The notes under the pieces were generated by a model that did no database searches, had not been told where the DNA came from, and saw nothing but the letters and a program-made list of their open reading frames with translations. A stretch of 64,000 nucleotides of DNA, from positions 2,356,001 to 2,420,000 of the forward strand of contig OZ193909.1 of assembly GCA_964276515.1 (NCBI GenBank). Direction: 5' to 3'. Positions 1 through 12,400 of this stretch are shown here, piece by piece. The position numbers and the translations under genes are program-made. Within the stretch, counting starts at the first letter, position 1; every line of letters starts with the position of its first letter. The DNA is from Gordius albopunctatus. Its lineage: Eukaryota.

Positions 1-792
1 TTCATGATAAAAAGATTCGGGCAATTGGGACTTAATGAGATTTTTTATAAGGTGTAAATTATTATTTTATCACCTTTCGATTGTATAAAATTATCCAATA
101 AACAATTCCGAATTAAGTGATAATGTTAACGAGTTTGTATATAACAAAATTGAAGGTGAAAATTTGAGAAATTCTAACATCGGGCCGGGCAGTTTGGGCA
201 GCTTTAATGATTCGGACATAGTCGAGCGGACACTAAATTATTTTAAAAATCAGACCGCGGGAAGGAAAATTTAAACAAATCGCACCTTTTCAATCAAAAA
301 AATAACGTTTTGAATTCTATCACCGATCTCTCCTTAACCATCACAATATTATAATTATTCTTTTTTCCGTAATGCTTTTCTGCATTTTCCTTTCCGTTTT
401 AAATATGGCTGGGTTTTGTTTGGTCGACCTAAGGTTTTAGGCACGGGTGTAGCCAGCTTTGGAATTAGAGGCCGGGGGGGGCACTAATGATCATTTTTTA
501 AAATTTTAGCCATTATTTTCAATAAATTTTTGGATTTCCCAGCCGTTTCTAAAAGATTACTCCTCGAATCATTGTAAATCTGCTAAATTTATTATCCTAC
601 TACCCTCGAGATTAAATACCAGCATGCGAATCCTTCCGTTTATTTCACGTATTTTTGCCAGCCAACGTAACCGTTTGTTTTTTATGATTTTTTGTTTACT
701 TATAGGAGCTTAGTAAGGGAAAAAAATTACAAATTTATTCCATCAAATTAATTTATTCTCCATATATCAATTACGATATTATTTGATATTAG

Positions 793-3661
793 CGGAATCT
801 TTTCCCCTGGCGTCAATGCTATAATGGGACCGAGCGGCGGAGGAAAAACTTCGTAAGTCGCTTAGTAAAATTATTTTTTTGCATGGTATTTATATTTTCT
901 CAAAACTTGCCTTTTAAAAAGTGCAAAATATGTGTAAAGTTTTTTGACTTTTTTGTGATTTCTCGTGTTTGACGAATACTCATCTAAATGCCCCGATTAA
1001 TAAATTGAAGGCCGCCTAAGGCAAAATATTTTCACGAATTTTGCATATATCCAATTTTAGAGAATTTTGGCTTTGTTTAGTTGAGGTAGGTGATACATTC
1101 ACAAAACAGTTGATTGAATTAAATTGCTAGTGGTTTGCACATTTACTTGGCTCTAGAACTGTTTCAGAAGTATGATCATAAGTATTCCACCTTAGTTCTG
1201 TCTGTCAGGTCCACCTTCGTCCAACTTTATTATCAAAAAATAATAATTTAAAATTTTTAGAAATCAAGAAGAAAAGATTCATTAAAAATTACGCCATTTT
1301 ATAGTATTTGCCCCGACATTAGATACTAAAATATAGAAAATCATTTCATTAGCGTATTTAAATCATAAAAATATATATAACAATAAAATTTATTTATTTT
1401 AATTTAATGTTTTTTTTGTAAAAATTGCGTTTTATATGCGATTTGACACAACGACCTCAGGCTACTAACGATTCTCGGTGGTCGTAAAGAGGTTAAAGGG
1501 GTCCAAGGGACTATACTCATGAATGGCTGCCCCATCTCCAAAGACTTCAAAACTGAATCCGGATTTGTCGCTCAAGTTTGCTTTATTCATCCTCATAATC
1601 TGATAACGAATAAGGGCTTGTGTCTTAATATCGGATTTAGCTGCGCAGCAAAAATCGTCGTACGGTTTATAACATAGCTGCCGTGTGCTAACTTCGAATT
1701 CACAGCAGCAGATTTACATTTGAGACGCATAATATAACGGCGATTTTGTAGGATGCAAAATTTTTCATTAGCCTAAATGTTGTATGTTTTTAAATTTTTA
1801 GTTATCAGCAAAGTTTAGATTTAATCTCGAGAGTTGAAATAAACCAAAAAAAAGTTTTTAACTATTAAAAAACAAATTATATTAATAATTAAAACCGAGT
1901 TGGACCTCCATTAGATTGAATCGGATATTTAGACAAAGATTCAATTCTTGCGATTCGAATCTGAATCCGATATTAAGACGAGCCCTACCTGATTTGTAGC
2001 GTTAAAATTTTTTAAGTAACTTAATGCGCCATTTTGTGTAGGATTTTTGAGAAGTGCAAAAGTTATGGGAGAAAGAGATTTATACTCAACCGGTCTAATG
2101 CTCAAGTAATCGTATGCACAAAAATTGTAATTTAAACATTATTAGATAAGTATATCTCTAACCATAACCCTATAAAGTATTGTAAATGCATATTAACTTA
2201 TTATAAAGCATTTAATCTAACCTACGAAAGAAAATAATAAAAAATTTGAACTTCATATATTATATGCTTAATATGAAAGAAAATATATATTCAGCAATAA
2301 AAAAGCTAATCTTTCATATATTATATGCTTAATATATGTTTTTGCAACCTTTTAAAGCGTTTTTAACTTGATTAAATATATAATTAATTAGTTATAAGCA
2401 TTCTTTGCAAATTTTACATTACTTGAGCATTAGATCACTTGAGCAAATACGGAGAAATAACAACAAAATGCACCGTTATTTAAGTGAATGGCGCCGCCAT
2501 TACTTTCAAAAATATGACCCAAAATAGGGAAATTAATAAATGGCGATCGAGAGTGATTTTGGCCCTTTGAACGTCTATAACCCAAAAAGTATTGGCCCAA
2601 AATGGCTAAACTTTTCAAAAATTAGTCTAATATATGATGAGGCCTGCACTAGAGCCCCGCCCCGCACCTTGCATTTAACATAAAAATATTTTTTCAAATG
2701 AATTAGTGAAAAGTTTTTAAAAATTTTTTAGCTCGATCTTGCTTTGGGCCGGGTTCGGGCTTTAGCCTGCACCCTCATTAAAAATTATCCATATATCTGA
2801 GATTTTGGGGCGAAGTCGTTTAGATTTGTCATTACCATACACCTAAGTTTAACATTTATTCATATAATTCAACAACCGGAATATAATGTATTCCTCAAAG
2901 ATGGCTGCCTACATCACTTACTTAATATTGATCAGCTGTTTACTTGCTTTTACCGCGTAGGAGGACATATTGATGGGAACCTTGACAGTACGGGAAAATA
3001 TAATGTTTTCCGCCGCGGTTAGACTTTCCTCCAAAATTTCCTCGAAAAAGAAGAGAAAAATGGTGGAAATAGTTATTAACGAATTGAATCTCAACAAATG
3101 CGCCGACAGTTTGGTAATTTAATTTTACAAATTAATTTTATTATTATTTAAAAAAATATTTTAAAGAGTTTTTTCTTCAAATTTAAATTAATATTAGGAA
3201 AATCATTTTCAAAATTCACAAACAATAATCCGATTAATTGGTAAACGGTCTTTATTTTTAATTATTTTCATCTTGGCTTTTATTAATTAAATTCTTACTA
3301 ACAAAATATAAAAAATGACATATCGTCTTTCATAAGATAATTAAATTTTCCAAAATTTTACCTTTAAAAAATAAATTTTTTCCCCCATTTATCGAGATTT
3401 TTTAGAAATAATCCCGGATTTAATCTTTATTAATTTATTTTATAAAATATATAATTTTTTGGTGTTTTCTAAGGTGGGTACAGAGTTTATTAGAGGAGTT
3501 TCTGGTGGGGAGAAAAAGCGTTGTAACATAGGCGTCGAACTTATAACAATTCCTTCCATACTATTCTTGGATGAGCCAACTAGTGGCCTAGATGCTGCCA
3601 CTGCAAATACCGTTGTCGCGCTGCTAAATAAGTTTATTTATTTGCATTTATTTATTTATTT

Positions 3662-3729
<68 letters not shown>

Positions 3730-6700
3730 TTTGTTTGCATTTATTTATTTGCATTTATGTTTCAGATTATCCGAGAAGGGTTGTAATATAATAATGAGCA
3801 TACACCAGCCCAGGTTCGATATATTCAAAATGTTCAGTACCCTCATCCTATTATCTACGGGCAAAGTTGTTTACCACGGTTTAGCCGATCAGGCAATCGA
3901 TTATTTTGCTTCGATAGGTCAGTTTTAAATAAATAAATTTTTATTAAATATATCAATTAAATAAATATTTGCATAAAAATAAATAAATAAATAATTATTT
4001 TTTTAAAGGTTTTGAATGCGAAATTCACAATAATCCCGCCGATTATTTCCTCGATGTTATCGAACGCAACGCTATAAAACCTAAAGCTCCTGGAGCAACT
4101 GAAGAAGATAGTAAAAATAAGTGTTTTTTTAAGAAAAAATAAAATTTACAAAATTTAATTTAAAGATTATGGGAATTAGCATTTTAAAACTCACCCTTGA
4201 ATTCAAATTCTGACATTTTTTTCATAAATAATATTGCTAATCTAATAGAATAGGTTGAGCCATAATTTAGAATACAGCCAACTTTTCTACAAAACTTAAA
4301 AGTTTTTTCCAAGTATTTAGAGGGTATAAATAATTTTTTAAAAAATAATTAATTATTTCTTCAACCTAAAATAAAGCATATTTTTTTAAAAATAAAATTT
4401 TTAAAAACAATTTAGACAGCCGAGTTGTTGCGAAAGTAGATTTGGCACAAAAATACAAAGAATCCGGTATCTACGAAAAGGTTCAAAATGCCCTGAATTT
4501 AATCAAAGACAATGCTGAAGGAATTAATAAAAAACGCTTTTTCGCGTGCAAAAAGACGAGTGGGGGCACTGTGTATCCCACCACATTTTGTACCCAAGTA
4601 TTTTAAAAAAAATATATAAAAAAAATGAAAAAATATTTTTAAAATAATTTTATTAAATTTTTTGCAAAAAATAATTTAGTTTTGAAAAGTTATTATAAAG
4701 AAAAATCGTTAGTATCTACTATGCTATTTTCATAGACTACCTACTAGACTGCTCATCATGTCATATGTTTTATGTGGTAATATGTGCACCATTAAATCCG
4801 CTATCTTCAATTTAACTATCTTCCATTCCATTATTAAAATAGAAAAAGTGAATTGATTATTTAATAAAATGCAGATGGCAGTAAATTGCTTTGAAATCAC
4901 GTCATCACAGTGTTTTTATGAATTTTGCAAATGAAATATAATTTAAAATGCTGTTTTTAATGTATAACTAGATCAATTTTTTTTCCTTTAAATGAATTTA
5001 TTTAAATGGTATAAAAAAATTACATAAACGACTAAAAAATATTAATTGTTTTTTTTATTTGGCTTTAAAAACACGTTAATTAAGCAAAAAGATGATCCAT
5101 ATGTCCTTCCGCTATTTGTGTCCATTTTAAAATGGCGGAAAAAGGGTACAAGTTGATGAGCAGTCTATCTAGCTAGTCCACGGCTATTTTAGGAGTAACT
5201 TAATTTTTTTGACGGGTTTTCTTAGTTTTTGGAATGCTTTGACTATATTTAAAAAAGATTTATAAATGTTTTTATCGGAATCCACAAAGACCGTTTTGAA
5301 GTATTTTTGCCCATTAAGTTTAGGATTTAGAGCCGTATTATGATTTTATTTGGTATTGTTTAAAAAACCGCTCGGTTTTGCTTTGGTCTCTTTTTCATTT
5401 TTCGACTTAGCCTAGAAGTCGACTAAGTAAATCGGACCAAAAAATCTTCAAACACTAATATTTGGCGTTTTTAATTTATTTTTTTAAATACAAATTTAAT
5501 TTGGATTTTTTAAAGTATAATTATCTTTTGGTGTATATTAGTTAAAAGCAGTGTCTCAGCGTACTGTTAAAAACATCTACCGCAATCCTCAATCCTTTTA
5601 CGTTCAAGTATATATCAAATTCGCGATCTATTTGTAAAATTATAATAATTTATTTTATTTAAAAAATATATTTCTTTCAATAATTTATATTTTAATTTTT
5701 AAAATTTTATGTTTTGAAAATGAAAAAAAAACTTTTTCTTACATATAAATTTATATTTTAGTCTTTCACCATGATTATATATTCACTCATCGTGGGTTCT
5801 ATCTACTTTCGGGTTGATAGTTCGGCCCGATACGGTATTCAAAACAGGTTATATTTTAGATTTTTGCTTTTTTAAAGTTATAAAATAAACTAACTTTAAA
5901 TTTTTTAGTTTTATTAAATTTAATTTTACAAAAAATAATTAGATTGTCGATTTGTTTTGTAGGAGTGGCGCCCTTTTCTTCATGATTATGAATCAAGTTT
6001 TCGGAAATCTATCTGCCATCGAATTATTTATCCGCGAAAGAGCCCTTTACATGTAACCACTATGAAATAATAAATAAATAAAATAAATAAATGCAAATAA
6101 ATAAATATATGCAAATAAATATAAAATAATTAAACTTGTATTTTTTGTAGCAATGAAACGACAAATGGTTTTTATCGGGTGTCAGTTTATTTCATATCCA
6201 AGCTATTCTGCGATTTGGTACCCATGCGTTTTATACCCGTCATGTTAGTCGCCATTATAGCTTATTGGATGATCGGTATTAAACGTCATTAATGATAATT
6301 CTTAAAAAATATTTATACAATTTCTAGATAATTTATTAATTATTTAAATATTTTTATTTTTTTAAATAAATAAATATATATGTTTTTGGAATTTAATATT
6401 TTAAATTTCAGGTTTGCAGCCGAGTTTCGCGAATTATTTGGTTTTCATATTTTCCCTCCTTTGTCTAACCACATCAGCCAGTTCAATAGCTTTATTTGCT
6501 AGCGTCACATTCAACGTCATAGGAATAGCTACGAATTATTGTGCCCTTTTCTTCGTCTTTATGATGGTAAACCATTTAAAAAAAAAATAAAATACTAAAT
6601 TATAATTTAATTTGCAAAATACATTTATTTTTATCATTTAGGTGTTTGGTGGATTGTTTGTAAATCTAAATTCCATATCGTACGGCATAAGATGGCTCAA

Positions 6701-8203
6701 ATATGGTAGCATATTTCGATACGCAAACAACGTAATTAAATTTTATATTTCGTGATATTTTGGCATTTATTAAAAATTGATTTAACTTTTTTGAATCAAA
6801 TATCGTCTGCTCGTTGACATAAATCTTTTCTTTTCTCCGTATCCTATAGGCCTTACTAATAAACGAGATAAAAGATCAAAAATATTGTGATTCTGCCCCC
6901 GATCCCACCAAAAATTCTACAACTATACCCTGGTAAGTTTTATATTTGATTAAACACGTGCACGTGTCATCATTGTATATTAAAAAAATTTAATCCAATA
7001 ACTTATTTTATAATAACTTTGAGTGCATTAGTTGTATGTTATCATTATTATAAACGTAGCTAGCCCTCTAAATCCAAAAAATTTTTAAATTTAGTAAAAT
7101 TATGGATAAAATTTAAAAAAATTGTCATTTTGGCCCCCCTTAAATCACCCCCCTCTAATTTTGATGCAGGGGCTACGCTCATAATTATAACTGCAAAATT
7201 TTGTCTTAGAACATCTCCTCAGATACATTTTGTAATTAAAAACAAAAACCATATACAGTCGAAACTTCTTAATCGTAAATCGGATTATCGCAAAAATCTT
7301 TTAATCGCGAAGTTAACCGCCATTTTGTTTTTTTTAACGATAATATTAATAAAAACATCGTTTATTGACAAATCGCTTAATAGTACAATATCGGATATTC
7401 ACAAACATTTTCGAGTCCTTAAATCAACCAGATAATTATAAAAAATATCGTTTTATTGCGAAGCGTAAGAAATTAATATTTAATATAATGTACATATACT
7501 TTTTTCCCATCGTTTAATCGCGAAATATCGGTTAATCGCGAATTTTTCTCAGGTCCAAGGCTTTGCAATTAAACGGTTTTGACTGTATAGCAAAAATAAT
7601 TTAGTTCTTTCTTTATTTAACACCATATCACGAGGAAAATTTCTCTAATGAAGACATTATTATAACTCATCCTATACTTTTATTTACTAGTGTTTTAAAA
7701 TCGTCTGTGTTTTGTTTTGTCGACCTTTGCTGTGGGTTGACTAAACATAAACTTTGGTCTGTTTATCTTAGTTGACCCCTAGGCTTAGTCGAAATTTGAA
7801 AAACAGACCAGGGTCGACCGTTAGTCTTGGTTGAAACAAAGGTGGGCACAACAAATTCCCGCCGTTTTTACAACACTACTTTTTACCGCTTTGTATATAC
7901 CTATCTCTAGAGAACCTAATTTTAATTTTATTTATCAAGTTAACGCTTTTTTTAAATGTCTTTGAAGGACAAAATAATACGGTAAAAATATTTCCAAAAA
8001 AAGGTTTGTTAAAATTATATTATTTTACAATTCTATGTTTTGTCAGCGTTTATGGAAACGATTACTTGGAACAACAAGGTATACCTTATAAGACGCATTG
8101 GGACCTTTGGATGAATCATTTCGCGCTCATATGCATGATATTGATATTTTGGATTTTGTCATACATCCAACTTCGGAGAATCAGGAAAAATGCCAAAGGT
8201 TGA
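793..8203 (+). CDS. ABCG2: ABCG-family (white/ABCG2-like) half ABC transporter, 5'-partial, 15 exons in window
   Basis: Exons 793-852, 1461-1575, 2961-3113, 3474-3631, 3766-3917, 4009-4110, 4416-4597, 5542-5607, 5762-5847, 5963-6052, 6151-6275, 6412-6566, 6642-6731, 6850-6932, 8047-8203 join in frame with GT-AG introns. Motifs: Walker [11 protein letters not shown]-loop GFVAQED, signature VSGGEKKR, Walker [30 protein letters not shown]-then-TMD order with ABCG2-like GIQNR and GNDYLEQQG. Start exon not found in the window. Confidence 0.93.
1612..1987. mobile_element. MITE with TIR AGGGCTTGTCTTAATATCGGATT (probably hAT); other copies at about 14245-14537 and 29933-30216
   Basis: Inverted termini agggcttg(tg)tcttaatatcggatt / aatccgatattaagacgagccct, with internal sequence shared by three copies. 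TSDs are eroded. Confidence 0.8.
3632..3760. repeat. (TTTA)n microsatellite filling an ABCG2 intron
   Basis: Near-pure TTTA/ATTT run between donor 3632 and acceptor 3765. Confidence 0.95.
4731..5182. mobile_element. hAT MITE (TIR CATAGACTA..TAGACTGCTCATC); copies at about 12955-13360, 39253-39633 and 39894-40440
   Basis: Perfect 8-bp TSD GCTATTTT (4723-4730 and 5183-5190), terminal inverted repeats and homologous interiors. Confidence 0.88.
7256..7585. mobile_element. Tc1/pogo-type MITE
   Basis: TA|CAGTCGAAACT ... GGTTTTGACTG|TA termini with repeated TAATCGCGAA subterminal motifs. Confidence 0.75.
7688..7878. mobile_element. Short hAT-like MITE (TIR TAGTGTTGTAAAA); related pieces at about 5290-5458, 21685-21810 and 27559-27683
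   Basis: tagtgttttaaaa ... ttttacaacacta, imperfect 8-bp TSD (ttatttac/ctttttac), GTCGAC/GACTAAG internal motifs shared among copies. Confidence 0.65.
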
Positions 8204-9446
8204 AACCATTCCTGCCCAACACTCCATCTATTCATCCATCCATGCATTCCAAAATAATTCGCACTCTACACCTTTTTATCGCACTATCCATCGTGAAATG
8301 TTCCAAGATATATGCCCGTTTTCGCGCTCGTTGTTGAAATGGATCAAAAATTGAACACAATTATTTTGACAAATTTATACCTCAGTTATTTTTCTAGTTT
8401 ATTTAATTCATCTACGCATCAATGTTCATACACTTAAATATCTAGTCACAATTTATGGAGGTACGATCTAGCTCATCCGCATTTTGACTTTCATACATTT
8501 GAAATCAACCACATTCTCTAAATTTATTGTTTTTTCCTTCGTGTTACCATTTCACCGAAAACGTGTACTCTACTCATCATTGGTGCAAGCGAAATGTGAT
8601 ACTCTTAATAGATCATTGCTTTAAATATAGACATATATATATGTTGAAAGTATTTTAAACATACAAATTTAGGGAATATTTGTTTTTTTTTGATTTAGAC
8701 GTTCCTTGTAGATTTTAGTTGTAGCTAATAATTGTTGGAGTAAATGAAGCTTAAAATCTAAAATAAAAATTATGAAATTTGAGTAGACAAGAAAGTTTTA
8801 TTAAGTCATAACTCATTTTACTATTGAAAACTTGCAAAGTATTCAAATAAAACAGGTCTGTCAAGATAACAAATTTAATTATTTAACTAAAAACGGCTAT
8901 ACGTGTTTTATCAACTGACGCTCTTTAGTAGTTTTTTTATACGGTGTCCTGCAGGTTAATCTCTCTTGCAGCAGATAAAACATTGTAGAACCAAAAATAC
9001 AATATAAAATGTCATGAAATTGAAAACTTTAAGGAAAGTAGAATGTAAACTAATTAGTTGTAAAATACATCAGTATATGTCGTTGACGATGAAATATAAG
9101 TTAAGTTTTAAAATTATATTCCGTTATTAATGTAAGAATGTTTAGAATAACGTCTAGAGGCCTAAGAAAGAAATTATGATCATTGCAGTCTTTTTTGTTC
9201 AAAATTAATGTAAAAAACATCTCACAAATAAATTAATTTACTTTTGAGATGGTATAAATTGATTTTTCTATCGATCCTAATGTTTGAAGGTATTTATCCC
9301 TAATAGAATGGCTTAAAGGGATTGTATTTTGCTTTTTATCTTGATATTATTTAATTCTTTCTCAAATTTCCAATAAATTCATACAAACTTTACTGAACGA
9401 ATCGGTTTTTATTACATTCCTATCATTCATTCCTTCGTTATTCTCA

Positions 9447-9454
9447 CCCGCCAA
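9447..9454 (-). promoter_or_regulatory. Candidate E2F-like site (TTGGCGGG) just upstream of the RRM1 ATG
   Basis: CCCGCCAA lies about 17 nt upstream of the ATG in otherwise AT-rich DNA. RRM1 genes are classic E2F targets. Short motif only. Confidence 0.35.
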
Positions 9455-9470
9455 TAAAATATTTTTAAAA

Positions 9471-12400
9471 ATGTTTGTCTACAAAAGAAGTATAATTTCT
9501 AGGTATAAACAGCCTAATAATTAATATTTAGATGGCACAAAACAGAATGTTATGTTTGATAAAATTACTTCAAGAATTAATAAACTATGCTATGGTCTTA
9601 ACATGGATTACGTTTTTCCAGTAATTGCCTACTATAATACATATTCTATAATGTATTTAGTCATTAATTACACAAAAAGTTGTAAATGGCTTATATCCTG
9701 GTGTAACCACTGTTGAGTTAGATAATTTAGCAGCAGAAACTGCAGCCACTATGACTACAAAACACCCTGACTATGCAATTTTAGCTGCTAGAATTGCAAT
9801 TTCAAATTTACACAAGGAAACTAAAAAAAGTTTTTCTCGTAAGTTGAATTAAGCTATCAACTTTACTATTTAATAAAGTTTCATTGAAATATATAACTCT
9901 TTAATTTTTATTTAATGATTAGAAACTGTTCAAGACTTGTATGAATTTGTAAATCCTAAAAATGGTTTGCATTCACCCATGGTATCTTTTGAAACTTATG
10001 ACATCATAAAGAAAAATGCTGAAATTTTGGATTCTGCCATTATATATGAACGAGACTTCAATTACAATTATTTTGGATTCAAAGTAAATTTTTTTCATTT
10101 ATGAGTACAGCTAAATAAAATAAATTTAGACTTTGGAAAGATCTTATTTATTGAAAATTAATGGTACCACCATTGAAAGACCACAACACTTGTTGATGAG
10201 AGTTTCTGTTGGCATACACGGAGATGACATTGAAGCTGCTATAGAAACATACGACTTAATGTCATCAAAATATTTTATTCACGCATCACCAACTCTTTTT
10301 AATTCTGGCACATGTCGACCACAATTATCAAGGTTCACAATTTTAATTAAATTCTTTTAAACTTTTATCTAATATATGTTCAAATATACCCTAAATTCAT
10401 AATTATTAAGAAAAAAGATGATTTTATAATATTTTAATGATTATTTAAGTAAATTAAAATTTAAAATCAAAAAATTGATTTTTTTGTGCATACATAGTTG
10501 CTTTTTGCTCACAATGCAAGAGGACTCTATAGAAGGAATCTACGATACACTTAAGCAATGTGCCTTAATTTCTAAATCAGCTGGTGGAATAGGATTAAAC
10601 GTGCATTGCATCAGAGCTTCTGGAAGTTACATAGCAGGCACCAATGGCAATTCCAATGGATTATTGCCCATGCTTAGGGTCTACAACAATACTGCTAGAT
10701 ACGTGGACCAAGGGGGCAATAAGGTTTAAATATTATTTCATCAATTTGATATATGCATGGGCATAGCCAGGATTTGATTTAGATACTTGAAATTAAAAGC
10801 TTTTGACCCTTATATATATCTTTCCTCATGAGCTCTGATTAAAGTTCTAGATCACAGTATGGATTATGACACTTTACGAAATGAGACGTTTTTGCCTTTT
10901 TGTGCTTAAAAGTTTACTAATAACTATATATTCATATTGCCAAGTTTTTGGGGGAAAAAAAGTTTTGAGCAGAGCTGTTTACACTCTTTTTGTTTCTACA
11001 AAATCTTGAGATAGTATGAATGAATGACTCTGGACTTAATTCTTGGCAAAAGATATAATGTTTTAAAATTGTGTTTGTTTTGTGGAAATTATAATATGAA
11101 TTTTATAGCTCTAAATATTGTTAGTTTAGTTTAACCTAGAGATCTGCAAAAGGCATTTCAAAATTTTTGACCCCACCAAGGTTTGGTCTGGATTTAGTTT
11201 CGGATCACTCATGCAGGTCTTTAGTTTAACCCAATCGTCTCTTAGGCTAAATCATTTACCATAAATGGAAATCTAAAATGTGCAATTTGAGATTTCCATT
11301 TATGGTAAATTAACATTTGTAACGCCATCTACAATTTGACTTCTTTATAAGAGGGATAATATAATACCGTTTCCGAACGATTTACTAAAATTGCCTATAA
11401 TGACCAAAATGAGTTTGTACGTTTTAAAAATATCACTAAACATCATTGATCAATAAAATCCACATCAATAGGAAAAGGACGTCCTAGTTGGTTTTTTTTA
11501 GCAAATAACGTGCTTTGTGAATGTATAAAAACTGTTGGGCCAATTAATCTTGGCATAGGCATAGCCAAGTGGGGAGGGGCAAGAAGGGGCGGCTGCCCCC
11601 CTCTAAATCCAAAAATTTGTTGAAATTTATTAAAATTATGGGGCTAAAATTTCCAAAAAGGATCATCATTTTGCCCCTCCCTCTAATTCCAAAGCTGGCT
11701 TCGCCCATGGGTGATGGTACTAACACTGAGTCTGTTTACTCCTTTTAACGGCGCTGGTCCTTAATGACTCCCTAGTGGATAACAAGACTACTCATAGATA
11801 GTAAGTCAAATCAAACAATGCAATGAATACTCAGGGGCCTAGTCAGCATTGGAATTAGAGGGAGGGACAAGATGATGATCATTTTTGGAAATTTTAGCCC
11901 CATAATTTGGATTATCGTTTCAAAAATTTAATTTTACGTGTGTAAACGACAAAATTACATTAAGGATAATTATCGACAGAGGCCGGGCGCTTTCGCGATA
12001 TACTTGGAGCCTTGGCACGCCGATGTTTTCGAATTTTTGAATTGCAAAAAGAATACGGGCAAGGAAGAACAACGGGCTCGGGACTTGTTTTACGCCCTTT
12101 GGATCCCAAATTTATTTATGGAACGTGTGGAAGGGGACGGGGACTGGTGCCTCATGTGCCCCCACGAATCCCCAGGCCTTTGCGAAGTTTGGGGCGATGA
12201 TTTCAACAAACTCTACCTCAAGTTAGTTTCGATAAAATATTGGCCTTTGGGGGCGGGGGGAAAGGAAATATAAGTTTTTCTTTGGTAGTTTCCAAGTGAT
12301 TTTGAAGTGTTTCCATCGCGCTTTAGGCCATAAAAGCGCGTTTTTATTCCTTAGTTTATGGTTGGTCCACCTTTGGTTTGACTTGGACTAGCGGTCGATT

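Noticed and set aside
88..274. About 62-codon stop-to-stop frame (NYPINNSELSD...GRKI) upstream of ABCG2
   Set aside because: No ATG, no ABCG similarity and no usable splice phase; cannot be assigned.
3632..3791. FIYL-repeat peptide in the ORF track
   Set aside because: Translation of the intronic (TTTA)n microsatellite.
9490..9531. Internal AG|GTATAA in the 42-nt RRM1 intron 1 resembling a recursive splice site
   Set aside because: The sub-introns would be 13 and 29 nt, which is too short, and the alternative donor causes a frameshift.
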